Source: Camelus dromedarius (taxonomy: Eukaryota). From it: a stretch of 64,000 nt of DNA. This document shows positions 25,284 to 37,324 of this stretch, in pieces. How positions within the stretch are numbered: position 1 is the stretch's first letter; every line of letters starts with the position of its first letter. A program made the position numbers and the translations under genes. The notes beneath the pieces are model-generated. The model was not told where the DNA came from. It was given only the letters and a program-made list of their open reading frames with translations, and ran no database searches. The DNA is taken from contig NC_087437.1 of assembly GCF_036321535.1 (NCBI RefSeq), positions 39,744,001-39,808,000 on the forward strand, written 5' to 3'.

Positions 25284-26272
25284 TTCTTAGAGCAACTATG
25301 TAACTTAGAGCAGCCCCAGTAAGACACCCTTGTTGTTTTACTGGTTTATCATTAACTGTTTCTTGGGGTTTTTGTTTGTTTGGTTGGTGCTTTTTAATTC
25401 CCATTCAACCATCCCACAATGTCGGTTTCCTGTATTATAGGATAGTTATACTACTATACTTACCTTATCTACTTCTCTGTTCAAAGATTGTATTAGATTC
25501 TATATTTAAAGATATTCTGAGAGAAAATAATACTTTTAGAGAAATAGTTTCTGGGAGAGTTTGCAATTTCTGCAGGCATGTGTTTCTAGGTAAAGATAGG
25601 TAAAGACCGAAAAAACATTGTTTTTTAACTAAGATAGTGATCAACTGGTGTGCAGTCACAAAGCAGAAATGATGGTCAACACTTGGCCCAAAAGGAGCAG
25701 CAGCAGTAGCCCGGAGACCCGTCACATGGAGTGGGCAAGCAGGGGGGTGTGCAGCTTTTTCTCTGGCTGCCTTCTCTAGTCACCTGAGACAGAAGATACT
25801 AGAAAAACAGAAAGAAGACTGCCCAGGGCTTGACAGTCTGGAGGATGGTGACCTCCCACTTAGGCTCCCAGGCTCCAGCTTTGGGACTAATTAATTAACT
25901 GGACAATAGTGAATCTAAAAATGTGAAGAAGCTCAAACCATCTTTGACTCTCAGGAGGATCACACCCTCTGCCCCCTCCTTCTTCCAGAGTCTCCTGTGT
26001 GTCCTAACTCCGGCCAAATACAGCTTGGTCTGTTTGGACAGGGCTCCCAGCAGTCTGGCTTCTATTTATGCTCTTGCTCGCGTCTGTCCTCTCACCATAC
26101 CATACTGGACCCTAACGAAGGATCTTTCCTCTCCCCTGGCTCTAAAAAAGTGCTTTCCTAGATTCTGCTTCCTGCCTAGAAGATTATCGTTTTAGTAGTT
26201 TAGTCATTTTTTAAATTTTAAAATGCTTTGTATCTGATTGCCAGGTAAAATGTGCACATTAATAATGAAATT

Positions 26273-26470
26273 GGTAATTTTCCAGCTATGTTCCTGTGGG
26301 TCCTCGGAGATCATCAGAGAAAAGAGACACAGGGTTTTGAAACTCCTAGCCCATTTCCACCACAGTAACTTAGCTGAATTTTATCTATTTTATATTTGGG
26401 CTTCTGAGTAAGATATTATTTAAAGAAAGATTTTTACTGCTTTTCTTTAAAAAGGTTTAAAAAAAAAGCC
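26273..26470. mobile_element. hAT-Charlie MITE (MER103C-like)
   Basis: ttttatctattttatatttgggcttctgagtaagatattatttaaagaaag..ctgct..aaaggtttaaaa. Confidence 0.6.
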
Positions 26471-26502
26471 TTTTAATTTACAAGAACACATGACTCGAAG
26501 GA

Positions 26503-26525
26503 TTTGCCACCACCTGGTGGCAGCA
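26503..26525. promoter_or_regulatory. CTCF-like motif (quasi-palindromic)
   Basis: Minus strand GCTGCCACCAGGTGGTGGCA and plus strand CCACCTGGTGGCAGCA both approximate the CTCF core CCACCAGG(T/G)GGC. Confidence 0.55.
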
Positions 26526-27166
26526 TACCCAAATTTCCACATATTTAAATTTTTAGCAGAAGGATTAAGTTGAATCTGCTATCCTAAAGTTATAAAGAGC
26601 TATCAGTAATATGCCAGAGGATTAAGTATAATTATGAAAAAATTGCATTAAAAAGTACGGTATCACTTTCAAAATGTAATATGATAGTACTTGAAATTTA
26701 AGATTCCATAAAAAAACGACTTTGTCATGTGGATCTCATACTACTTATAGAAAATGTTTTCATTGTACCTTAAAACCAACATTGCAGTAAGGTAAAATAA
26801 ACTAGCAGAATTCCCTCCGTTTTAATGTTTGAACATCAGTGTGATTTATCTCCAAAAACCTGGGGGAAAGCTTCATTTCTTCTTGGAGTCAATATAAATG
26901 CTCAGTTCCCACATAAATTCTATCTGGGATATTCCCTCTAGGCTCCTCCCCACCTTGACTGAAACCAAACAAAGCAAAACAGCAAGGACACCTTCTCACA
27001 GACCTTTATAAACGATTGCACAAACAGAAGAGAAAATAAGTACTTCAACCACAAGCACATTCATGGAGTAGTGGAGGAAGAAAGTGAGATTGTTCCTTTT
27101 CAGGCCTTTGGCTCCCACGTAATAGTAATAGACTATATTGGTTTTGTCCACTCTAACCACACTAAC

Positions 27167-27488
27167 CTTGCTGTGGCCTGATGCGACAATACTCTGTTCA
27201 GGCAAAATGCCTTCAGCACTCAGGACTAGGTTGCAGTAAGTTAAGGACTGGAGAGTGAAGGAGGGGAGAAATGAAACCCGAGCCCTGCCGTTCTCAGTCG
27301 CTTCTCCATCCAGACCCACAGAGACCTCTCCCCAGCGTGATGTGGTGTCGCTTGCCCCGTTCTTCTGGCTACGTGACCCGGAAGTTATTATCCCCTTGCT
27401 CACAGCAATGATCTCAGGTTAAGTTGGCAGGCAGGACATGAGAGAATCAACAGGACTGACCAGGGGTGTCTGCAACACTTCCAGATCC
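27167..27488 (-). other. Candidate 322-nt non-coding exon or alternative first exon
   Basis: Minus strand: long tract CTTACTCTCACTCCTGCTCACTCTCTTCTCCAG|GGATC...CAGCAAG|GTTAGT; contains CCGGAAGT at 27378-27385. Confidence 0.45.
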
Positions 27489-28479
27489 CTGGAGAAGAGA
27501 GTGAGCAGGAGTGAGAGTAAGAATGCCACGGAAATATTTCTGATGGCAGGCTGGAAGGCAGAGGAGAGCTGCACTTCTCGTGGCCCTAGCAGCTGCAGTA
27601 AGTTTGGGCCTTAGGAAGCCAAGACTCCTTTGTATCAGATGTGGATTTGCCAGCAAGATTACATCTATGCAAGTTCTTTGTAGACCATCAGAAGGCACGT
27701 GATATTCTGAGCAAATAGCAATTAGCCATATTGGCAGTGTTTGCCATTGAAATCCACACCTAGTTTCCCTAAAACTCATTCTGGTATTGTTCACCAGCTT
27801 TTCCTAGAGTTGGTTACAAGGAGCAAAAAATGACTTGATTTATAAGCAAATAATGAATTGAGAGTCATAGAGAAGTGAGGGAAAGGAAGTAACAAGAATC
27901 AACTTAACACTTTTGAAATTTTCCTGAAATAAACATGAGAACTAGTCTACAAAGCTTCTCATGCTTAACACATGAAGCAAAAGTTGATTTGAATCAACTT
28001 TTGAAGAGTATGTGTCATTATTAATTCTTTCAGCATGCTAAGAGCATGTCAAAGCAAATATTGGACACACTATCGGTTTAAACTATTGCTAAAACGAAAC
28101 TAATTGATGACCATTACTTTGCGATTGTTGGACGTGACTGCTGAAATATCATCTTACAGATTTGTGTCACAGCATCATCTGTATAAAACCAAACCCAACT
28201 AACTGTACTCTTCAAACAACTTAGAGCAATATTTAAATTTTCCTTGGTGATACATTAGACTGTAGATGTACAAAGCCAATCACATAAAACTTTATATGTT
28301 TATTTAAAGTCTTCAGAAATAGAAAGTTTCTACAAAGAATCCAAACAAACTCAAAAAGCTGAAGTAATGTCAGAGTTGCCAAGTGAGAAAATAAGTACAC
28401 TAAAACACACTAATTAGCTTTGGTTATTTTATAACAGGCTATATTATGACTTGCTGCCTTGCTCCTGGGCCATTATTAC

Positions 28480-28505
28480 CTATCTTGAGATCACTTTTGA
28501 TATTC
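28480..28505 (-). other. Candidate 26-nt mini-exon
   Basis: Minus strand: TGTTCCTTTACTTCAG|GAATATCAAAAGTGATCTCAAGATAG|GTAATA. Confidence 0.25.
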
Positions 28506-30464
28506 CTGAAGTAAAGGAACACCAAACAGTAGTCATTTATCTGACAAAAGACCTTGTGTTTTTCTTATTCTATCAATCATTAAACTAGTAATGTCTTTTT
28601 ATGTTATTGCTTTGACATTCATTAACACTCACGTCAGAGGAAATCTTTGCAATTAGAACTCCTACTGAACATATAAAGTTGTTTTGCCTTGGTTTGTTGC
28701 AATTGTTTTTTTTGTTTGTTTGTTTGTTTTAACAGAAGCAATAGCATTGAGATGATGGAGAACTTACCCCACAGTTCAACTTGAGGTGTCTCTTTTATGA
28801 CTCAAATGTCGTTGGTACTCATACTTAAAAAAAATCAGTTTTTGACTTCTCAGTGTTAACTTTTATGACAAGCTTGACTGACTAGCTTAAGAGGAAGGAA
28901 TACCTCAGAAAAACAAAGTCAGAGAGCTACAAGGCTGAGAAGTTGCCATTGGAATTCTTTCCTGTGACAAATGCACAAACCCTCAGAAGAATTTCAACTA
29001 CATGTTTGAAAGGCTCATTATCATCTCAAATGCTTGAAACAAATTTTACACAAGTTCCTTATGATTTGAAACCACAAACAGAAACAGAGTAAGATGAGTG
29101 TCTAATATGACACAGTGAGAGCCTCAATGCCATTGGGTAACTCGTTCACTTCTAAACCACTCCTCTTGTGAGAACATCACCCATAAAACCTGATTATACC
29201 TCATCCACGGCCATACTGTTATCCAGCAGTGAGAGAAATAAAACTGAACAAACACTTTTCCTTTTAATAAAGAGCAATTTAGAGGGTGGGTGAAGAACCA
29301 ATTTCCTTCTTGGAAAAATCTGTGTGTTATAAAAAACGTCTTTTATTTAAGGAGTGGATTAACCTCATTGTATCCGTACTTATACATCATCCACTTTACA
29401 GAGTACAATGGGATGGAAATAGATATCAAAATCCTTCTTGAATATACATTATTTTAAATATTACCTGTATGAAAAATATAAAATGTTTCTCTCTTTCTAT
29501 GTCTCTTAACTATTATTTTAGTACTTAATGTAATTACGTTAGTACTTAATTAAAATCAAAGACTGAATTTGGCCCTAAGGGACCATAATGATTTAAAGTT
29601 ACGTGGTACAGAATATTTCACATAGATTCCATCTCTCTTCTAAGAACCAAAGTCAATCAAAACAAGAAGACTTGGGGCATGGAATTATCCGAATATATTT
29701 ATTCAGTCAACAAACACTTGGTAAAGGCACTACATTAGAGACATTGCAGCTGTGCTGAGAAGGAAACACTACACTTCCCTGTACACACAGGGAAGTGATT
29801 TTACCTGTAGGATAACCAAATCCATGGTTTCAGGAAGTGAACTATAATGGGGTTTTAATATCCTCAGGGCCCGGCTCAGCACTGTTCATTTTCAGTAAAT
29901 GAAAGCAATACAAGCTTTGCAGAGGGATTTTAAACTATCACAGGGGAAACTTGGAAACAAATCCAAATACCACCCTAGATGTAAGATTCCGGGAACAACT
30001 CATCTTGTGGAGATCTTTAATTTGAAATCACTGCAGGTTTCATGAATATTTCAGAAGTAAAGACTCAAAGAAGACAGTTGAAGAGAAAATTGCTGTTGGC
30101 TGATTTTTAATAAATAGATCCTTTCTAGGACTCCCAGTGCTCAGTAGGAATTGCCTCAGAGACACTTTCCACCTATAATCATTACTCAAGGATTAGGACC
30201 CAAGACATCACACTCGAGAGGCCTGTTTATTGCAGACAGATGGGTAGTGGTTCGAGAAGCAGCTCTCCCAGTGTGAAGAGCGACTGTAAACCTGTCCCCA
30301 AACTGAGGCAGAGAGGTGACGTGGGGCTGCAGCTCCCGACCCAGCACACACCCACACCGGGCTTCTCAGGGTTTTTCTCCCCACCCAGGCTGTGGCTGAT
30401 ATCTCTTCCTCCTCAGATTCCTCCAGGATCAAAATGTTCTTGAGATCAAATTAAGCGGAGAATT

Positions 30465-30565
30465 AGGCATGGAGTATAGGATTACATCCCTGGATTGGGG
30501 TCTGAGTGACCACTGTGCTACTTACTAGCAGCATGACCTTGGGCAGATCATTTAAGGTCTTTCAA
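30465..30565 (+). mobile_element. MIR SINE
   Basis: ctgtgctacttactagcagcatgaccttgggcagatcatttaa. Confidence 0.75.
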
Positions 30566-31609
30566 AGTAAAGTTTAACCTGATCAAACCAGAGCTCATCT
30601 CAAAGTCCTCACGAATCAGAGTCTGATGCATAGAGGGCTGAATCAACACCCCGATTTCAAATTTACCAGCATAGTGCTGAGCCACTATAGGAGTTTTGAT
30701 CCCCGTATTTTCATTCAACATGTGTATTCATCAGTGTAGCTACACATTTTTTTCTGGGTAATGCACCTTGAGTCCTGATGCTAATATATTTGGTCTCCCA
30801 CTCTCTATCCCCCCTAAAAAAATTATATGCAAAGATAAACTAAATCATATTTTTTTCTTAAAACATGGGCGAGAGAAAGCTTGCAATATGAATATGGATG
30901 TGTATTTCAAATGTCACAAACCTGCTGACTCTTCATTCCTTCCACCTCTTTTCACCTTCCTTTCTACTCCACAAACGCCTGGCTCCCCGCATGCCCAACA
31001 AAGCTGTGTGTCCCTCACAAAAGCCTTGCAAAGATTAAGGGACCCATTGTTTGTGCTCCGCTTAAGATGGAAGCCCAACTGAATGCACGCTGACGATATT
31101 TTTCAACATTTTCATGGAGGTTTTCAGATTTATGTCTCCATAAGATCATTATCTCTTGGTCTTCATGCTATTGCCATGAAGCTATAACCTTTGTTCAAGA
31201 GAAGTCCACTGTCATAACTACAGGTTTGACTCTTTTAATAGAGAAAATGCAAAGCAGTAAACATTGCATTTCCACTCTTATATTTTAAAAGAAATATGAT
31301 TTATATCAAATAATCAAAATGCTCATGCTAAGTTAGAAGAAATCTTAGAACGAGGAGCTCTTAGATGATGTCCTCTCTAATACATCATTCAAATAGAAAA
31401 ATAATTTGTAAAACAAATGGTCTTGCAGCATCTGTTTAAATACCTATGGTTATGCTATTGCACAACGTTTTGAGTTAGCTCAGTTCAGTCAAAATAGTTT
31501 TATTAAGTGTTCTCTGCCTCCTTAAAATTTTTAGATTCACAGTTTTAATTAATTCTATACCCACCTGTGCAATCATGAATAAGTCTAATTATGCTGCCTA
31601 CCTCATGAT

Positions 31610-31912
31610 GGCCCTTTAAATACTTGAACCTAGTGCCTTTGTTCCTTCTAAGCATTCTCTTCTCAAAATATCCTCTCTTCTTACTATCTGTATGTCCTTT
31701 CTCTGGAAGCCCTCCAGTACATGAATATCTCCTTTAAAACATACTACCCCAAAATGAAGACAACAACCCAAATAGGGTCTAACCAGAGGAGAGTGCAACG
31801 CAGCTAAGCATTACCCCCATTAAATCAGGTCACTGTACTTCTATATGGGAGCCTAGGGTTCTATTAGCTTTTATAGCCACTCCAACACCTTGTTGGGTTA
31901 TATTGTGATTTG
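31610..31912 (-). mobile_element. L3/CR1 LINE fragment (RT C-terminal region)
   Basis: ORF SPLVRPYLGCCLHFGVVCFKGDIHVLEGFQRK parallels CR1 SALVRPHLEYCVQFWAP.FKKDIDKLE.VQRR. Confidence 0.85.
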
Positions 31913-32167
31913 ACAAGGCCTCGTTCGATACATGGCCCAAACTAAGACGTGAACTTTTACTTCTGCTTTTCATGCTGCTACTAGTTAATGAATTTACCTG
32001 AAGCAATCTTTCTAAACTCCATTTCTCGAGCTGTTCTGTGGGTTCAACATTCCTACCTTGACCAGTTCTCCTGCTGTTTAATATGTCGTCATGCTGGTTA
32101 ATGTGGAATTAATTAAACATCAGTGCAATCCTGTTAGATAATAACGCATCTCCTCCTCATTCTGCAG

Positions 32168-32207
32168 AGTGTTGTGATTAGTCTCTGAAACTGAAACAGC
32201 TGCACAG
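32168..32207 (+). other. Candidate 40-nt non-coding plus-strand exon
   Basis: TCTCCTCCTCATTCTGCAG|AGTG...GCACAG|GTGAGT; stops in all three frames. Confidence 0.45.
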
Positions 32208-33123
32208 GTGAGTGTCTGACTACATTATGCCCAGCCCGAAGAGAATTTATTTTTCTTCCGATCAGAACATTTTCCTTCCCCTCTTAAAGCTGACAAAGTG
32301 ATTACAGGAATACAGAGTTCTGAATCGAATAAAAACATATGACTCATATCAAGTGAAGTAAGAAGCCACCCAGCCCCCCCCAGGGAAAGTTGAGGGTAAC
32401 GATGTCTTTTATTTTTTTTATCATCACACAGAAAATAAGCACTAGCAGTGTTGATAGCCTATGGCTTTTCACTTAGAATCAACAATAGTGGCACGTCCTA
32501 TGATTTTACTTTTTCAGCACCATCCCCAAACAAAGCAATGAAATGTAAGATGATGTGACTGAGGCCCTGAAATTTAAGGAGGCAGAATAATGGCTTGCAG
32601 GTGTGAACATTATTCATATTTTAAACAAAATTAAATTCTTCCCCATTACTCTGGGAAAATCAATATAACAAAATTACCAAGAGGTAAGATGCTTCTGATA
32701 TTCAAAAGATCCGCTAATTTTGATGACAGTTTTCACTGCTGTTGATCAGTAGAGTATATGTAAAGGGTTGATATTATGCAGCATAATACTAGGGTGAAAC
32801 TTATGAACTAATCCTTCATTTACAGCCTAACTATTCCATGAAATTTATAAACCCCAAACACAGGATCCTTTTATGTCAGCTTCCTTCAAGTATAAATCAG
32901 TATGATGGGAGCAACACAAAGGAGAGAGGGCTTGGAACCAACATCAGGGCAGCTTGTTTAAATACCCAGATGATGTTTAGAAGAATGTGGTTATTCTAGG
33001 AGATGTTAGACAAGAGTTTTTTTAGTGAATACATGCCTGTCTAAATGTCAGGGAAGGCTGTAAAATGCTCGCTCTGGGATGTGGAACATGGAGCAAGTTA
33101 CACTACTTTGCCTTTTTAAACAG

Positions 33124-33208
33124 GCTCAGGGCTGGGCAGGGACTAGGCACTCCGGTAATACTTGCTGAACTTGTACATATAGAATCTGTACCTGTGACTT
33201 CAAGGCAG
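33124..33208 (+). other. Candidate 85-nt plus-strand exon
   Basis: CTTTGCCTTTTTAAACAG|GCTC...AGGCAG|GTAAGA. Confidence 0.4.
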
Positions 33209-35180
33209 GTAAGAGAAAAGGAAGACAGAAACCCTTACACCAAGCCCTGTTTGAGAGGGAGCATAAGTTAGATAACAGAAGACCGTCAGTGCTCCAAGGT
33301 CACGCCCTCACCCACCGCCTGCCCTTCTCGTTCAAGGCAAAGCCCAGGGACCAGAAATGTCCTGGTGGCTACACCAACTGTGTGAAAATGGTGGAGTCTT
33401 GTTTCACGTGCCCTATCCTACTTGCTGAATGTTTTCTTTTGTAATTTTTGTTAAACTAAAGGAAAAAGAAATCTGGTGAACTCACATGATTAGCATATTA
33501 TTGGTACCTGGTAAATCTTTACAGAAAGAATAAATACTTTTGAGCAAGTGGAAAGCAGTGAAAGAATATGAAATTTTAACATGTAATATTTTAGAATCAA
33601 CCAAGATTCTACTAAACTGGTCTAAAAGCCTTTTTTTTTTTTTTTTAATTTTAAACAAAACCAAAACCTGAGCACAGTGAGGTGGGGGGCTCTTTCAGAT
33701 TATTTTTCCATCTTTAATACTTCTTATTTGAAGAGAGGTGGCACATAAGTAAATACACTTAGGCATTTTTTTTTTTTTTAAGACTATGATCACCTAAAAA
33801 AGTCACATGAAAAATAACACTGATTAATTCATGTCACCAATCAGCTTGATGAACAACTTGTTCTGATGAGGATGAGGATGATGGTGAGGGAAAGGTTAAA
33901 TAGAAAGCTGAATTGAACACATGGATAACAGGATAGTTGTAAGTATGGGTAAGAGACGTCTCAAGATTTCCAGTCAAAAGACTTGGAAGAAAGAAACTAT
34001 TTTCCATATATTCAACAAATTCTAAGCCAATAATCTATAGTGTCATCAAAAATTTAACATTCCCCCTTCCCACAGGACAGGAAAGTTCCTCGCTGTTCTT
34101 TTTTCTTCATTTGACACAGACTGATAGTGCTCTCAGAAAACTGCACTCATGGAATGTGTAGCTGAACCAACTTAAAACAGATATATAGACATCTCCACTA
34201 CTGGTCACTCATATGTTCAACATACATTCACTGCATGCTAACTCTGGGCCGGGCCTAGAGAGCTATGGAACACTGGAGGCGACAGACGCATCAGCGGCCA
34301 TTCACACCAGGTGTTGCAATCTCTGGGATCTCAGTTCAGGGCAGGCAGCATAGAAATGTGAAGAGTCAAGTGTAAAATAATAGGGACTGGTGAGGTCTGT
34401 GTGAAACGAAAAACATACAGCCCTCTTAAGACGTTCAAACTAGATTTCTTTTTTCCCTTCTGAACACTTTATCTGCCAGAAGCTGCCCACAAGCTGTGAG
34501 TCTGCAGTCTTGACTGTCTAACTCCTTACTTTTCTCAAATTATCAAAGAGACATGTCCTGTTTCCAATTGCTAAAATCGAGAGAACTGGAAGCTTTGTGC
34601 TTCTCTCTCAAAGCACCTTTTTACTTCACTGCCCTAAATCCACTAAATGATTTTGTTTATTGGTTTGTTTTGGTTTTGGGTTTTTCTTCTCTATCCTCTT
34701 TGCTGTATTGACTGAATGCCAAACGACCAGTCCTTTCTTAGGAAGAAAAGGATCTCAGTGTCTCTCCAATAAGATCAGACACTGCTGCCTGTCTAGAGAG
34801 GGTCACCAGGATTCCAGAGAAGAGCTGTAAGAAATGTAGTTGCTTTCAAAAAATATAAATGTTAAGCTCGAGTGACTCCAAAGCAATGAAGTTACTTTCA
34901 TGTTTGCTCAATGGAAGTAATTTCATCACCCTTCATGCAAGAGAGATAGGTTTTGGAGGAATTTTCCAGTTCTCCCACTCCCAATGAATTGGATGAATCA
35001 AGTAATCAGTACAATATTTGGCTCAGCAAATATTTGTAATGGTCAGTCCAATTGTGTATTTACTGACAGCCTTGATCTCTTAAAACAACTTTCTCTGTTA
35101 AGTTGTTTCCCTATATCTCTATACATCACTCGTTCAGTTGGGGTTTTAATATAAAAAAATTAATTTTAGTGTTGACTTAC

Positions 35181-35225
35181 CTTATCTTTTGTTCTTACAA
35201 GAATAAGGCAGCCAAATCAACACAT
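35181..35225 (-). other. Candidate 45-nt non-coding exon
   Basis: Minus strand: T-run+AAG|ATGTG...GATAAG|GTAAGT; stops in all three frames. Confidence 0.35.
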
Positions 35226-35579
35226 CTTAAAAAAAATCATGCATCCTCAGCTCCTGTTCCTCCAACCTTATTCTACTGGTTGGAGCCAACTGACAAGCAG
35301 TGAAATGTATGGAAACGTAAGTTAAATATAAGTGATCTAATGTGAATTAATGGTGGTGAAAGCTGCTGGGCTGCTCAGAAGTCAAAAATACTTTCTTCAT
35401 TTTCTGAACATACATATTACTGAGCTACACAGAGTATGAAGGTGGCAGGTTACCTGAAACAACACTGCACAGAAGATTTCTTGTCATCCTACACAAATCT
35501 CTAAAAATTCAGATGCCCCTGAAAGCATTTGTTACAGTGATGTAAATTTAAAATAATTAGGAAAGCCCTTAGTTATTGG

Positions 35580-35810
35580 GCTGATTGCAAACATTCTCCA
35601 GTATCCTTTTTTCCTGCTCCTGTATCTCTTTGCACTTTCCTCTATTGGAACTCTTAAAATGTTATCTTAGAGTCAGTTTTTAATTAGTAGTTATCTGTCT
35701 TCCCAGCCAAATTCTCTTTTGAAGCTTGTATGAAGTCCCTCTTATGTGCCAGGCACTGTGCTAGGATTTCTGGTACATAATTGATGCTCAATAATGTTTA
35801 TTAGAATGAG
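35580..35810 (+). mobile_element. L2 3' fragment
   Basis: tggtacataattgatgctcaataatgtttattagaatga tail. Confidence 0.55.
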
Positions 35811-37324
35811 ATCCTACAGTGGGGATGGGGGGCTTAGGATTTTTAATTCTGTCACCAGTAAATTTACACTACTGTGAAAGGAAAGACAGTTCTAATCAGG
35901 ATGAATGAGGTTAGATACAATAGGTACCTATAGGACTCAATAAATATTAACAGAAGTAGAGAAGGCTCTTTTGAAAATTAAACCCCCTGAAAACTGCATT
36001 TTTATCTTTATTTATTGTGGCAGTTACAGTGTGCTCTATGAAGGAGCTACTTACTTCATAATATAATCATCTTCAGTGTAGTTAATTAATTCCAGATTTT
36101 ATTACATTACTTGAGTTCACTTAATGCTTTAATCTCATGATATATGGAGGTGGAAAAGGTGGGTGCAGCAAGTCATCTTGCAAGCCAAGGGGAATTATAA
36201 CTTGCATCTCAATTACAAGGCCAGGACTAATAATTGATTACCTAATTGTGGGGGCTGGAAAAAATATCACAATACGAGAAAGCCTAAAGCACTTAAGAAG
36301 TCTGAGAACAGATACCTGAGTTGTACAGAGGAGGGAAGGTGGAGAGGAGAAAGACAGAAAAAACATGGAGGGCAATAGGCAGCAGGGGCCTTGCCAGTGA
36401 GCAGGGCTTCCAGGATAATGGTAAGCTTATGCAAGAAATAAACTTGCGTTACAATGGACACGTTGACTGTCAGCGCCAAGGCCCAGCCCACTGGAAATCA
36501 GAGTTGCTGAAGTACCTGATTAGTGTTCTGTTTCATGCTCACTTTCTTGCCACACCTTTCGGTGGAGGTCATCTTTCGAGTCATTAAATAATCTTAGAGT
36601 GATATGTACACAGAAGAGTTTGTTCCTTATCTTTTCCATGTCACACCTGGTGCTTTCCATGGGTTCTTTGTTCTTGTTTTAACAAAGTGTGTAAAGGTTA
36701 TTTTTTTTCTTTTGTTCCTCCCCAGTGACTTACTTAAACTCAGCATTTTAACCCTGTAACAACCACAGTGACTGGGGCTGTCTCTCTACCTGGATACACA
36801 TTACTTGCAAACAAAGATAAAAAGAAAAATGTATTTTGACTTCAAACAATATACTCCAGTATGGTAAAAGATTTTTCTTTTATAAATGTATGTAGTTAAA
36901 TTGCTACTCCTTCCATTCCTTTCAAGTAAATATATTAATTCAGCATTACTCAAAACACTTGTACATTAGTGGCATAAAAGAAATTTAAATCAGAATTAGG
37001 ATACTAAGTGTTTTAAGTGAAGCATTGTCAAGGTAATAAAGAAACTCAGGCTATTGTGTGCCTTCATATAATTATAGTAGAATATTATATAATAAGTACA
37101 TCAGATTTGTATAGATTAATGTGTACCAGATATAGATCAATATCTAAAACATATTAATTCAATTGATTTTCTCAACATTGACTACCCCAAGCCTGTGTGA
37201 CAGAAAAGATAAATTTCACAATTAAAAATGAAAAATTCCAAAAAATTAGATGACATCTAAAACAGAAATAAGAAGTGGCAGAATCCAGACAAGAACTAGA
37301 ATCTTCTGGATTCTTGCCCTTCTC

